A stretch of DNA of 64,000 nucleotides from Synechococcus sp. (GCA_047285535.1 JBJBDC010000001.1:384136-448135); one strand, 5' to 3'; shown: positions 44,488 through 55,243, numbered from the stretch's first letter. Made by a program: numbers and translations. Notes: a model not told the origin generated them from the sequence alone.

Positions 44488-44844
44488 ATGATCCTCACCA
44501 CACTCGCCGCAGCAGCACTAGCCATCGGTTCACTGCTGCCCCCCGCTCTGGCTGACAGCACGAAGGCTTGGTGTGCTCTGACCTGGATTGACGCCAGCAA
44601 GGGATTTCAACCCCCCGGAAAAACGATCAAAGGTCCATGTACCTTCCGTCAGCATCAAGGCAATGCCTATGTGGATGACTTCAACTGCTACAAGTTCGTC
44701 TTCCCGACATCTGAAGAAGGCAAGACCTACACAGTGGCAAGGGCAGCTACTTGGATCACCTTCAATCGCGAAGACCAGTACAGCCTGAATGTGTTCTGGA
44801 AGAATCCAGTCCCTGGTCAGGCGGGTGATCCCTGCCCTTCTTAG
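44488..44844 (+). CDS. Secreted hypothetical protein
   Basis: Signal peptide ending PALA; GPCTF.Q.QGNAYV. Confidence 0.65.
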   Translation: MILTTLAAAALAIGSLLPPALADSTKAWCALTWIDASKGFQPPGKTIKGPCTFRQHQGNAYVDDFNCYKFVFPTSEEGKTYTVARAATWITFNREDQYSLNVFWKNPVPGQAGDPCPS

Positions 44845-45211
44845 ATGTCAGCACCATCGGCACATTTGATTAAACCCCGCCATTAAATCGTTGAAAATCA
44901 TTACCGCAGCTGCGCTGACCATCGGTTTGCCCCTGTTGTTTGTGTTAAGGGCCCAAGTCGTAAAAAGGTAAAAAAGATAGAAATGTTCAAGAGCTACATA
45001 ATAATATGGAAAATAGAAGCTGAGACTGTATGGTCAAAATAATTAGTCTATTGATTTCGCGATAGCTACGACATTGTGATACATACTGCCGGCCGTGCCC
45101 CTTTATTGCTCAAGCCATCCAATAACAACAACATTAAAAGCTTATCTAATGGCTGACTCTGTAAGGCACTACCCGGTTAATATTTTAGCGGCAAAGTCAG
45201 AACGATATTGG

Positions 45212-45922
45212 CTAAGGGATTTGAATTGTGAATCCTTCTTTTGTGTTTTTACGATTGTTGCTTACCCATTTGCATTTAGCTCCTGTCAACGTATTTTCGT
45301 TCAATTTAATTTCTACAAAGTTCTCAGCATTGCAGTCCGTGGCATCGATTTCTCCTACATTAAGCAGGCCAATAAAAGGCTCCTTAGACCATTTATTTTC
45401 CCTGCTGTCGCTAAAACGATATCTTTTCATGGGGATTCGCTTGAATAAGCCGATACTTTCGAAAAGTCCATTTCCTCCGGCGTTTCGTGTAATGTATACA
45501 ACGTCAATTCCACTTTTAGACTTACCGATATATGCATATTCAGTAAAGCCCCGCAGAAGACTCGTGTCAAAGTTGTCATTCATCCCCCAAGGGTAATCAT
45601 AGCGTGCGCATTGCTTGCTTTTTTTCACTGGGGATAAACCACAAATACTATTCTCTTTTGGATAGGGGGTAAATCTTCCTTTTGAGAGGCTTGTCTGGCA
45701 CGCATTGAGGTTTAAAATATCATTAATGCCTTGATCTTCAGGTTGAGTAAGGTATGGCGTAAATTCAAGGCGAGAACTAAGATCGAGGCAAAGCGGATTT
45801 ATAGGCTGCCCATTAATTGTAAAAGTATCATCCTTAGCTGCTTTGCAAGATGCGGTGGTTGCAATTCCTACGACTAAAGCAATGGCACATGAAAGTTGTT
45901 TTGACATAAATCTAGCGACCAA
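45212..45922 (-). CDS. AT-rich putative lipoprotein
   Basis: Signal peptide with TASC; 236 aa ORF. Confidence 0.65.
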   Translation of the reverse strand: MVARFMSKQLSCAIALVVGIATTASCKAAKDDTFTINGQPINPLCLDLSSRLEFTPYLTQPEDQGINDILNLNACQTSLSKGRFTPYPKENSICGLSPVKKSKQCARYDYPWGMNDNFDTSLLRGFTEYAYIGKSKSGIDVVYITRNAGGNGLFESIGLFKRIPMKRYRFSDSRENKWSKEPFIGLLNVGEIDATDCNAENFVEIKLNENTLTGAKCKWVSNNRKNTKEGFTIQIP

Positions 45923-46204
45923 AAGCTTTATTTTTGATCATAAATAATTATGAGTTTTGCATTATGAGATTACTTAAATTGCACACATATATTCACGGCT
46001 TCAAATCCCATTCTCTAAGCTAATCCGCTAAGGCCACGGGCCTAGGTGACCTCATCGCTAAGTCGCACCTGAGCGCCGTGTAGCTCGAGGATCCGGGCCT
46101 GCTACGAACGCAGGTCATCGGCGGGCATAACCAGGAGAGTGGCAGCAATTTCAGGCGAAAGTCAGAGGTAACTGCTTAAAGCATTCGCCTTTGTGATTCA
46201 ACCA

Positions 46205-46305
46205 ACAGCAGGCAAGCCTCCTGCGAACGGTGGTGCGGCTGATGCCCATGTGGTCAGCGATGCGTTGTTGGCTCCAGCCTTGGCGGCGGAGACGCTTGTA
46301 GAGTT
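46205..46305 (-). pseudogene. Helix-turn-helix gene remnant (approximate bounds)
   Basis: RLRRQGWSQQRIADHMGISRTTVRRRLA with no credible own start. Confidence 0.55.
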
Positions 46306-46370
46306 GAGTCTGTGAGCCAGAAAAAAAGTTAGGCTTGTTAAATGATTTCATAACTGAAGAGGTAATCTTC

Positions 46371-46883
46371 ATGTCATATCCAACTCGAACACGTACGTTT
46401 ACTAAAAAGTGTAACTCTGGTGTCACAGTGACCTGCGAGCAAAAACAGGAAAATCGTGCTTGGGGGTGGATTCGCGGGTTGTTTTCATGGTGGGTGGATG
46501 TCGGTACTCCTGAGTGCGAAAATTGTCCCAAAGGCCCTTATCCAAAGGACAGGGTTGTTACGATCTGCTGCACGGCAGGTGCAAAGGTTAAAACCGAGCA
46601 ACGTGCAACTGGTCCGGGCCCGGTCGGTTCACTTGGCTATCTAATTGAAGCTATATCCCCACTTAAATTCAGTGACCTCATTGGTCCAACTCCGATCATA
46701 GTGGGCTTTACTGGTTTAATGCCTTGCATTAAAGTAAATGCTGAGGTACTTGATAAATTAATCGAGAATATGGAGGAGGCGGAAAAGGATGGGCGTTCTG
46801 GCCTTATGAGTCGCAGTCAAGTGCAAACGCAGCAGGAGGCCATCAAATGCCTCAAAAAAGTGAAAAAGAATCTCAATTGGTAG
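46371..46883 (+). CDS. Cys-rich orphan protein
   Basis: 170 aa ORF from ATG 46371; 8 Cys incl. CENC, CC. Confidence 0.6.
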   Translation: MSYPTRTRTFTKKCNSGVTVTCEQKQENRAWGWIRGLFSWWVDVGTPECENCPKGPYPKDRVVTICCTAGAKVKTEQRATGPGPVGSLGYLIEAISPLKFSDLIGPTPIIVGFTGLMPCIKVNAEVLDKLIENMEEAEKDGRSGLMSRSQVQTQQEAIKCLKKVKKNLNW

Positions 46884-47397
46884 TTCATACACTATCTATT
46901 ACTGATGTTGTATGGAGCCTAACAAAGTTATAAACACGGACGTCAAAAAGCTGTGCCGCTTGTTCCTCGCTATGTAACTTTTTGCCTCCGGTTACGGCAG
47001 GCGATGATGGCCAGTGATGGCTTCAACGCTGGTTACAACGCCGCAACAAACGCGCTAAAGCGTGATCACGAGTTAGTGGACTTGCTCCTCAGCTCGGAGG
47101 TTCATGTGATCCTCGGACATAGCTCTTCCCGCTTCCTGTTCTGAAAACAGTGAGCCACCGCTGCGCTTGATCGGTAAGCAAATATTGCCAGGATCGTTTT
47201 TCTTGGTAACACCAAGCTGCAGCATGCGAGCTTCGATAATCGTTTGTTATTTCATTTCTTTGCCTTCTTGTTGATTTTGAGTCCTGCTACTGCTCTTAAT
47301 CCTGCCTCGCAATGACTGCAAACTCGTGATCCTTTAGGCGCTAACAGCATTTTCTCAGGCCATCCGCTTTTTCGTCTTGTAGTAACAGCACCAACAG

Positions 47398-48162
47398 TTA
47401 GTCCAGCAGCTTTAGCAGCGTCTGATTGACACATGCGCTATTGATTGTGTCATCAACAAATGTCATCCAATTATCTGCTGAATTAAATATCGCATAGATT
47501 TGATCATCTCCTTGGGTCGCTTGCCCAAATGCCATCAAATCTTTAATCTTGACTTCTCCTTCAATATCGTCAAAGCCATCGCCATTATGGTCTTCTATAT
47601 CGACCTTAAATTCACCTTTCTTTGTCATGAACTGAGCACCAGCTGTCGCATCGTCAGACGAGGAGAAGAAGATCGATTCCGATGAATCGTCTGTGAAATT
47701 AGTGTTTTCATCTCCAAAGAGAACAACTTCAATCTTGCCTTTCCCTTTAGAGAGTTTGACCTTCCCGTCCCATTCCATGGTTCCAGTCAGTGGATCAATG
47801 GCTGCATCCCAATCCCCAGCAGCATCAGAGGACTCAGACTCAGCCACACCAGAATCAGGCCTAGCAGCTTCATCAGCTTCAACCGCAGGAGGCGCAGGAG
47901 CCTCAGGAGCTACAAATTGATCTCCGCTATCGCTATAAATTGCAGCTGTAAGAGCATTGATGACATTGTCATCGACTTCTTGAGCAACAAAACCTGCAGT
48001 AATCGCTGGTTCGCCGATTTCAGCAGATTGAGTGGCAATTATAAATGGGCCAGCATTATCAGATGATGCGGTAATTGCATCGTCAGCGATAAATCCAACA
48101 TCACCAACAATTGGTCTTATGACAAGGCCAAACGAACCTGAAACTGCTGGAGACTCCAGCAC
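47398..48162 (-). CDS. Highly acidic hypothetical protein, possibly 5'-truncated
   Basis: Asp/Ala-rich; DHNGDGFDD Ca-binding-like loop; DPLTG motif. Confidence 0.55.
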   Translation of the reverse strand: MLESPAVSGSFGLVIRPIVGDVGFIADDAITASSDNAGPFIIATQSAEIGEPAITAGFVAQEVDDNVINALTAAIYSDSGDQFVAPEAPAPPAVEADEAARPDSGVAESESSDAAGDWDAAIDPLTGTMEWDGKVKLSKGKGKIEVVLFGDENTNFTDDSSESIFFSSSDDATAGAQFMTKKGEFKVDIEDHNGDGFDDIEGEVKIKDLMAFGQATQGDDQIYAIFNSADNWMTFVDDTINSACVNQTLLKLLD

Positions 48163-48274
48163 CTTATGTGGGGGAGCTGAGAAGTTGAGCCATATTTACC
48201 GGTATCGCCTTAGATGCTGCACTGCCCTCTACTGAGATCGTTACTGGCGCACCGGAGTTTTTGTCAACACTTAG

Positions 48275-49159
48275 TCAGAACTGAGTTTGACGTTGAAGGC
48301 CCAGAATCTCGTAGTAGCCATCTGGCAGAGGCAGGCCCTGCCGGCGGGCGTCAAGCTCTACCGCACGGCGGAAGGCAGGCAATGTTTCATTCCAGCTGAT
48401 TAGACGATCACCACGGGCGAAGCTGAGCCGCTCCAAACCAAATCCCGCATTGCGTACAGCAGCGGCACGGTCATCAGTCAGAGTGATTTCGCCTATTTCC
48501 AGTTCGCTGCCGTCAGCAAGGAGATATTCAAGCGAAAGCGTGTTGAAGGAGGGGGTGCGAGGATGCCCCTTGGGTTCGAAGTATCCGGAGCCAGTCCCTA
48601 GAGCTCGGGCTTTGTCCCAGTCCACCAGGCGTAACTGCGACTCGACCAAGCCATGCTTAGCAAGAAAAGGCACTAGAAAAAGGGCCTTTTCAGTCCCTGT
48701 GAATCGCATCCGATTGGGCTCTAGACCAAGATGACGAATCAAGAAATTGAAGGTCTGATCCAGAGGAAGTAAGCCCTTGGGGTCTTTGCTCTGATCAAAG
48801 TTGATGATGTGAAACAGCGGCAGAACACCAATCCTGTCCTTCTGCTTGATGTCCTCTACTCGCGCCGCTGGCTGAATCACAAACCGCCCAGCAAGGCTTC
48901 CCTGGATTTCATCGTCAAACTGCAGACCGCCATTGAAGGCATCTTCTGTCACCAGAGGAAGAGGGGCCGTCAGCCGGTAACCCCGTTGCTGGAGATGCTG
49001 AGCGAGTTCATCAGCCAATCGAAAAGTCTGAGGATTCAGCGTCGGCGGCAATTGCGCAGCATTAGCTGCTCTTGAGCGTCGAGGTAAACCAATTGACACT
49101 GCGCTAAGTCCTGAGAAGGCGGCAACTGCAAGAAAGGATCTGCGCAGCATCAAAGACAC
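48275..49159 (-). CDS. Alanyl-tRNA synthetase catalytic-domain-like protein with twin-arginine signal peptide
   Basis: LRRSFL...SRA Tat signal; QPAARVEDI (motif 2-like), FL...LGLEPNRMRFT, ELEIGEI, AGFGLERL (motif 3-like). Confidence 0.65.
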   Translation of the reverse strand: MSLMLRRSFLAVAAFSGLSAVSIGLPRRSRAANAAQLPPTLNPQTFRLADELAQHLQQRGYRLTAPLPLVTEDAFNGGLQFDDEIQGSLAGRFVIQPAARVEDIKQKDRIGVLPLFHIINFDQSKDPKGLLPLDQTFNFLIRHLGLEPNRMRFTGTEKALFLVPFLAKHGLVESQLRLVDWDKARALGTGSGYFEPKGHPRTPSFNTLSLEYLLADGSELEIGEITLTDDRAAAVRNAGFGLERLSFARGDRLISWNETLPAFRRAVELDARRQGLPLPDGYYEILGLQRQTQF

Positions 49160-50283
49160 CGTGAAAGTTATGTAGCTCTAGCAACAACTGAGATCGTTGT
49201 CGGCTGGGCGAAGCTCCTTTGAGACCCTTGAGGAGGTGCGTCATCACCCCCGGGGGGAGAGGTCGGCTCAGCTTGGTGGCAGCACTATGAGCCAATGACT
49301 CTGACCTGTTCAATCGGTGGCTGTCTGGTGGCTTGCAAGACTTTGAAGAGACTGCCGTGGAGGTGCTGCTGCAGGACTGGCTTGACCCGTTCTTGACGGA
49401 AGCGGAGCAGGCCAGGCTCCTGGGTTGACACCTAGGTGTGAGTCTCTAACTAGATGGGGAGTGAGTCAGCGAAATAAATACCTCAGACTGGGGATGTGAA
49501 GAACAATGGCGTGATTATTCGATGAATTAAGCTATTTCTAACCAGGAATAGGCTTACTCATCTTATCTTTCGAAATTGGCGTTGGGATTCCCAAATCATG
49601 ACCTCCCAAAACATTTCCTTTTCTTTTGGGGCGTCAAACTCTTTGCAGCTGTCAATATTATCGGGTCGATTTATTTTCTCATGAGAATTGATGTATTAAC
49701 GGCAAGGATGCTCGAGTGCTGACGATGGCTGATTGCGTAGATCTTCTTGCAAGTTTGCCGGCATTTTAAGTTAATCTATCAGTTTTTTTTCTTTTTATTC
49801 TCATGTTTGTGATCTGGTTATGTAGATTGATATTGCACTGTCGTTTTCGTGGCGTCCATTGCTGACTGTCTTTGTAGAGTGGAACTAAACTTTGAACGAA
49901 AATCAATATAATGCCAATTGCAGAAACGGTCCACTCCCCCTCAGGCCTTCTTTTTCGGCTTTCAAATTCTGTAGAAAATTAGCACTATCTAAATGCTTAT
50001 GCTGGTATTCTCGTCATGCATGGTATGAGTTCGATGATCTGAATTCATGCTTTTCGGTATTTATTGCTGCTTGATCTGAAAGCCATAACTCTTCTGCCAG
50101 GCTTTTATTGATTGATTTAACTGTGTTCGACTTTCTTGCAATCTCTAGATATTTTGATTGTTTGGTTTTTGGGATCGGTGTTTCCCACTCTTTTTGGACA
50201 ATTTTTTCACTTCATTCCTGCTATGAGTTTACTATTAAGTTGCGAGTTGGATACTGAGATCACTCTCGTTTTTCATGGCGATG

Positions 50284-50360
50284 GGCTGAAAGCTATACAA
50301 AATCCGCAAGGGAAAAGTAGAGGGGCGTTGTGATTGTTGCTATCTATCTTCCGACAAAAC
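50284..50360 (+). repeat. Repeat C copy 1 (candidate structured RNA), followed by hairpin 50364-50383
   Basis: GGCTGAAAGCTATAC..CCGCAAGGGAAAAG..GGGGCGTT..GCTATCTATC..CCGACAAAAC. Confidence 0.75.
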
Positions 50361-50599
50361 TTCACCCCGCTTGAAGGCGGGGTTTCTGCAGTCCAGATGG
50401 GCCTTCCTTCACCCCTGCACATGCTCCCAGCCGCTTTCGAGTAGCTCACGGCATCTAGGACGCGCAGCATCGTTCTCGGCTTGGCTGTGATTCATTGCCT
50501 CCAGCCGTTTCTGCTCATCCAGCAGGCACCCGCACCGAGCAGCCAGCGCAGCTGTCTCGACCTCACCCTTGGACCTCCGCGTGGGGCATCGTTTGGCCA

Positions 50600-51113
50600 T
50601 CAGTAGATCCGGACCCCGCTTGGCCCCAACCGCCAGGGCGTCAGCCCCTTGCTGATGGCGATTTTTGTGTAGCCGAGCGCGTCCGCCATGGGGCCGTGCT
50701 CCGACGCTGGATCATGGACTAACAGCCGCGGTTCGAACTCCAGGTATTTCAGTGATCGGATCAGCCGGCGACACTTCGGATCCGCCGGCAACCGGCGCGA
50801 GCTATCGGCCGCCAGGATCATCAGCCGGGTGGCGTTGACCTTGTCGAGGATTGCCTAGGCGGCTCGGGGGCTCTGGACGCTGAAACCGACGACGTCCTTC
50901 AGGATTGCCTGATCGGACAGGCCAAGCGATGAGGTCTGTTTTCTCGAGCCAGTCGGATCAGGCCAGCAGAGGATCAGACGCTGCTGGTAGCGGCTGCGCA
51001 CCTCTAGGGCCATCTCCCGGGTGTCGGCCTACATCAGCACGATCTGCTCCAGCGCCTCCATATGGTCCCCCTGCAGATGCATCAGACAGGCGCAGAACGG
51101 TGATTGGTTGAAA
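50600..51113 (-). pseudogene. Phage terminase large-subunit nuclease-domain remnant
   Basis: FNQSP...WPDPTGSRKQTSSLGLSDQAIL...GFSVQSPR...DKVNATR...PKCRRLIRSL...MADALGY; two in-frame TAG stops; GC-rich patch. Confidence 0.8.
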
Positions 51114-51179
51114 AGTAAAATGGGCTAAAATTCAAAGTAAATCGTTTCAATTTGCCTTATCCATTTCTATTCAAAAAAT

Positions 51180-51545
51180 GTGAAATTACTCATTCTGATC
51201 CTTGTATCAATATATGGTCTTCCTTCTAGTGGCTTTGGCGGAAATTTTATGGAGGACAATAGAAAAGATAATGATACAATCAATAAAGCAACAAGCTATC
51301 CTGTATTTCATGCTAAATGCATGGAGAAAGAAATGACTATGTGGGGTGAAGTTGCAGAGCTGATGGTTGATCTGTCAACGTCCCATTGCTACTGTAAATA
51401 CGCTGAATTGCAAAATAGTGGCAATTATAGCGCGGAAAGTCAAGACATTGCAGCATCAAGTTGCTATCGCCAAGCAACAATGGACAAAAAGGCTGAATTC
51501 ATTTGGTGGGCTCTGCCATTACACAGAAAGAAAATGAGAGAATAA
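51180..51545 (+). CDS. Secreted hypothetical protein
   Basis: Signal peptide; C...CYC...C pattern. Confidence 0.6.
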   Translation: MKLLILILVSIYGLPSSGFGGNFMEDNRKDNDTINKATSYPVFHAKCMEKEMTMWGEVAELMVDLSTSHCYCKYAELQNSGNYSAESQDIAASSCYRQATMDKKAEFIWWALPLHRKKMRE

Positions 51546-52283
51546 AGATTATGCCTAAATGCATTCTTCCATCAAGTTCTACGCCAATGTAGGTTCAGGT
51601 GCTATTTACTGATGGGAATATTCCCTGAGTGATCAGATATTGAGGTCTGCCCTAACCACCTTGTGCTCACGCACGACCGCCCCACATACCAATTCAGGGA
51701 TCTCGTTCAGATGAAACCAAAGCAATAGAGGCACGACGATCCATTCAGCCGTTTTCGAGCTGGGTAACGGTCATCACGACAATGAAAAGTCGCGGGAGCA
51801 TCGCTCGAATTCCATAATTGGGTGGATTTATAAGTTCCCATCGATCAAGCCAAAATCAACAACTGGAAAACCATTGCAGTAAAGATGGAAGCGAGTGCAG
51901 ACAACGAAAGCTGGTTTTATCTCCGTGCCCTAGCAATTGCTGTGGCGAATCAATAGGTGCACTCGGTTCTGTACGAACCATGCTGGAGGCAGCAGTGGAA
52001 TCCTGAGAAGGTTCTTAGCAAGCTCTAACAGTTCTTTTGTGTACGGATCAAATAAGTGAGAGATGGTGAATACATCGGAGGGAGGACCTTTTCACACTTT
52101 CAAGCAATGAAGCTCTCAAATTCTTGTGGACAGTATTGCTGCTCTGCTGTTTTGCAGCATCTTTTATAAAGTCACCTATTGACGAATAAGTATGAAATTT
52201 TTCAAGATAAAATTTCAAGCGATTTGGGTTTCTAAGCGGTAAATCGTTCAACTGCTACCACCAATCAATTACTCAAACCAATT

Positions 52284-52844
52284 GTGGCTACTACTCGAAA
52301 GAAAAAATTAACTCTTCCACAGGTTGAATCTCTAATTAATGAGTTGCTTTTGCCAGGGAATAGCACCTTTGATGCATTGCTTTCATTTGGAGAGCTAGTT
52401 AATGGGGGACCGTTTAAACAGCCTCCTAAGCCAAAAGCAAAATCATTGACAATGTCAGTCGCCAAAAAAGCTGTTTTGTAGAAGTTTAAATGCTCTACGG
52501 TGACTGAGCTTCGCAAAAACAAAACTTTCACTATGTCAATGACTGGTGAAAACATACGTCTTAAAACCAAGGATGATTGGATAAAGCTTTATCGACGCTG
52601 GGTTTCTGTCCCTGAGTCTGACCGAAGTAAAACTGGACCAACGTGCATTAATGGGATTGATGTGCTTGAAAACTTAAGGCCCTGGCATGTTTTCGGCTTG
52701 GATCCAAAGATTGCCACTGCCGAAGATGTCAAATCATCATTCCGTGAGCTTGTGAAATCTCACCATCCCGATGCGGGCGGAGATGAGCGTGTCTTTTGCA
52801 AGCTTCAAAAGATGCGCGATTCAGTTCTTGCAATGATGAATTAG
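52284..52844 (+). pseudogene. C-terminal J-domain protein interrupted by one in-frame TAG (52479-52481)
   Basis: Two in-frame ORFs; PWHVFGL...DVKSSFRELVKSHHPDAGGD (HPD motif). Confidence 0.8.
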
Positions 52845-52854
52845 GAGATTATTT

Positions 52855-53892
52855 ATGCCACGTGATTTATTAACCGATAGGGAAACTGCAAAGGTTCTTG
52901 GCAAGAGGATCAACACTCTTTATAAGGCTGTTGATTTCTTTGATTCAGACGACAAAGACGAATGGGATCTGATCGAGGGAGAATATTTTGAATTTACAAC
53001 TCGATCAGGCGATTATCGTGAACGTCGATTTTATGAAGAGGGTGTCGAGGCGCTCGCCGAATACTTTGATCGTAATACACCAGGGCTCATCAAACTTGTA
53101 GCCGAAGCTTTAACTCATCGCCGACGAAGGCGTAAGCAAATGCTTGTTTCGAGACGTATTACCCAGGAATTAATTGAATCTGATTCAATGCTTGATGTGC
53201 GTGGTGAGCTTGGATTTGTTGGACGCAAAACCTGTATTAATGTTCTTCAGACTAACGGTCGCGGCATTAATAACTCCATTCAAAGACTTGTTCAGTCAGG
53301 ACGGCTGGATGGTGAAGAGGGACTTGAACTAGATAAACACTTTTTGCTACGCGAAGACGGAGAAAAAATTTGGAGCCAAAAAGGTTTGGCAAGTATGGCT
53401 ATCGATATGTGCCATAACTCAAGTATCACTAAAGCGCGCAAAGCATGGGTGGGAGCAGTAGGTGAAGTGGTGGAAGATTGCTTCAAAATAGAAATTAAAC
53501 GACTCGCTGCAGCACCGCTCAGGATCGACAAAGCAATCGCTAAGGCTAAAAGAGCTGCACGGGATACTTGCCAAGTGACTGGTAAGAAAAAAGCAAGAGG
53601 TAGAGATCTGTCGCTTGATGGTCATCATCTTTTTGACAAATCCAATCGCTCTGATCTTGCTGATTTCTCTGATAATATTTTGGTTGTTGAGTCTTCAATA
53701 CATTCTGATTTCCACTCATGGAAGGCTGGTTCCGGTTGTGAGCCTAAGGACTTTTTGAATTTTAGTTCTGAAATTCGAAGTGATCTGTTTGACTCCAGCA
53801 ATAGGCGATCAATGGATAGGTTCAATAGTCTGACTGTAAGGCTTACGCAGCTTCAGAAGATCTATGAAAATAATCATCTTCGCTATCATTAA
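52855..53892 (+). CDS. HNH endonuclease-domain protein with N-terminal ORF6N-like repeats
   Basis: CQVTG...LDGHHLF...NILV...IHSDFH; AGGAG RBS 10 nt after the J-domain gene. Confidence 0.75.
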   Translation: MPRDLLTDRETAKVLGKRINTLYKAVDFFDSDDKDEWDLIEGEYFEFTTRSGDYRERRFYEEGVEALAEYFDRNTPGLIKLVAEALTHRRRRRKQMLVSRRITQELIESDSMLDVRGELGFVGRKTCINVLQTNGRGINNSIQRLVQSGRLDGEEGLELDKHFLLREDGEKIWSQKGLASMAIDMCHNSSITKARKAWVGAVGEVVEDCFKIEIKRLAAAPLRIDKAIAKAKRAARDTCQVTGKKKARGRDLSLDGHHLFDKSNRSDLADFSDNILVVESSIHSDFHSWKAGSGCEPKDFLNFSSEIRSDLFDSSNRRSMDRFNSLTVRLTQLQKIYENNHLRYH

Positions 53893-53957
53893 GCAGCGCT
53901 CAAGGTTGAATGAGACTAACTATTAAGTCTTATTTTTGATTATTCTATCTTTGGCTA

Positions 53958-54437
53958 TCAAAAAGAAAAACCAGCCCCGTATAAAACCTTATGAGTGGCG
54001 AGAGGGATCGTCTTGCAATGGCCAAACTTGGAAGCAAACAGAGGCTTTCCATTTTTCATCCCTAACGACTTCGTCGTGGTTTTGAGGGTGCTCAAATCGA
54101 CGATGAAATCGCTGCCAACTGGCGGGTTGAGAGCAGTCAACACACGCTCCCCATCCTGCTTACTCCACTCACCAACGCGGGTTTCGATCACAAAGCTGTT
54201 GCCCTTGATCCGACCCTTAGTTTTTACCGAAAAACGATCCACAGCTTGCGGCGTATAAACATTGTCTGGCTGGACATGGTGATAGAGCTGTCCCGTCTGA
54301 CGATCAAAAACAGGCGCGCGATGCACCGACTCCCCTGTGCACTCCAGTCGCATCAGCGACGGTGCACTGCTGCAACCACTGAGGACGACAGCTAGCAGAA
54401 GCATTGGAGAACAATTTTGCAGATCCAATGGGTGCAT
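53958..54437 (-). CDS. Putative lipoprotein
   Basis: LLLAVVLSGC lipobox. Confidence 0.65.
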   Translation of the reverse strand: MHPLDLQNCSPMLLLAVVLSGCSSAPSLMRLECTGESVHRAPVFDRQTGQLYHHVQPDNVYTPQAVDRFSVKTKGRIKGNSFVIETRVGEWSKQDGERVLTALNPPVGSDFIVDLSTLKTTTKSLGMKNGKPLFASKFGHCKTIPLATHKVLYGAGFSF

Positions 54438-54664
54438 GGGACAAGGGGCGAGGGTCTTGTTTCTCCATCACCCTGCCGATGGCACCAGCTTCAGGCTGTG
54501 ACCGCGCCCACTGCCATCTGTGAGAGAGAGACAGGCTGATGGCTTGGCAGCTGGGCGTGAGCCTCTAGGCCTTTTGGGGGATTGGTCAGCAGTGATCACT
54601 AACCGTTCGGGGGATGCCCCTTCACCACCCTGTCAGCGACTGTGCCATCAGACGCAATCAATCA

Positions 54665-54904
54665 ATGAAAGGTCTCACACGTGTTGTTGTCGATACTGTT
54701 CTTGGCAGTCTCCTGGGTGCGGCGTCGTTCTTCGCAGTCGATGCACTGATGTCCTCTAAGGCTGAAGCACAAGAAACTGAAGTGAGAGCTCTAACTGTTT
54801 GGTTGAGGAACCCGGAGTTAAAAGTCGCTGCTGCAACTCCGTTTTTGTTCTCCTGTGAGATTGATGACGGTGATGCTGATCCATTTGAGGTGACTGTATG
54901 GTGA
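54665..54904 (+). CDS. Small secreted hypothetical protein
   Basis: Hydrophobic N-terminus ending AEA; follows repeat B tail. Confidence 0.5.
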   Translation: MKGLTRVVVDTVLGSLLGAASFFAVDALMSSKAEAQETEVRALTVWLRNPELKVAAATPFLFSCEIDDGDADPFEVTVW

Positions 54905-55170
54905 CCTGTTGAGGCTCCTAGTTCACTTTGATAACCACCTAGGCGGGCTTCGCTTCCACCCGGCTTACTTCTATATCACCACAACCAAATGTCGGACGAA
55001 CGGACCTTGTACTTGTTCGGCAACATCGGCTTCATTGCTTCTAGCACGTAAGAACTCAAGCCATCGGAATGGTGGTTTCGGGCACTGTCTGAAGTCTTGT
55101 CCACTTGGCATAGTCACCCTTAAATGTGATGCGAAGTGAATGAATCCTGGCGGGAAGCCTGATGCCTATT

Positions 55171-55243
55171 GGCTGAACGCTACATAACATCCGAAAGGGA
55201 ACAGCAGGGGGCGTTATGTGCGATATCCATCGCCCGAAAACAA
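55171..55243 (+). repeat. Repeat C copy 2
   Basis: GGCTGAACGCTACATAACATCCGAAAGGGAACAGCAGGGGGCGTTATGTG... Confidence 0.75.

Noticed and set aside
49500..50280. AT-rich stretch as a coding gene
   Set aside because: Stops in all frames and no recognisable motif; at most an eroded gene.
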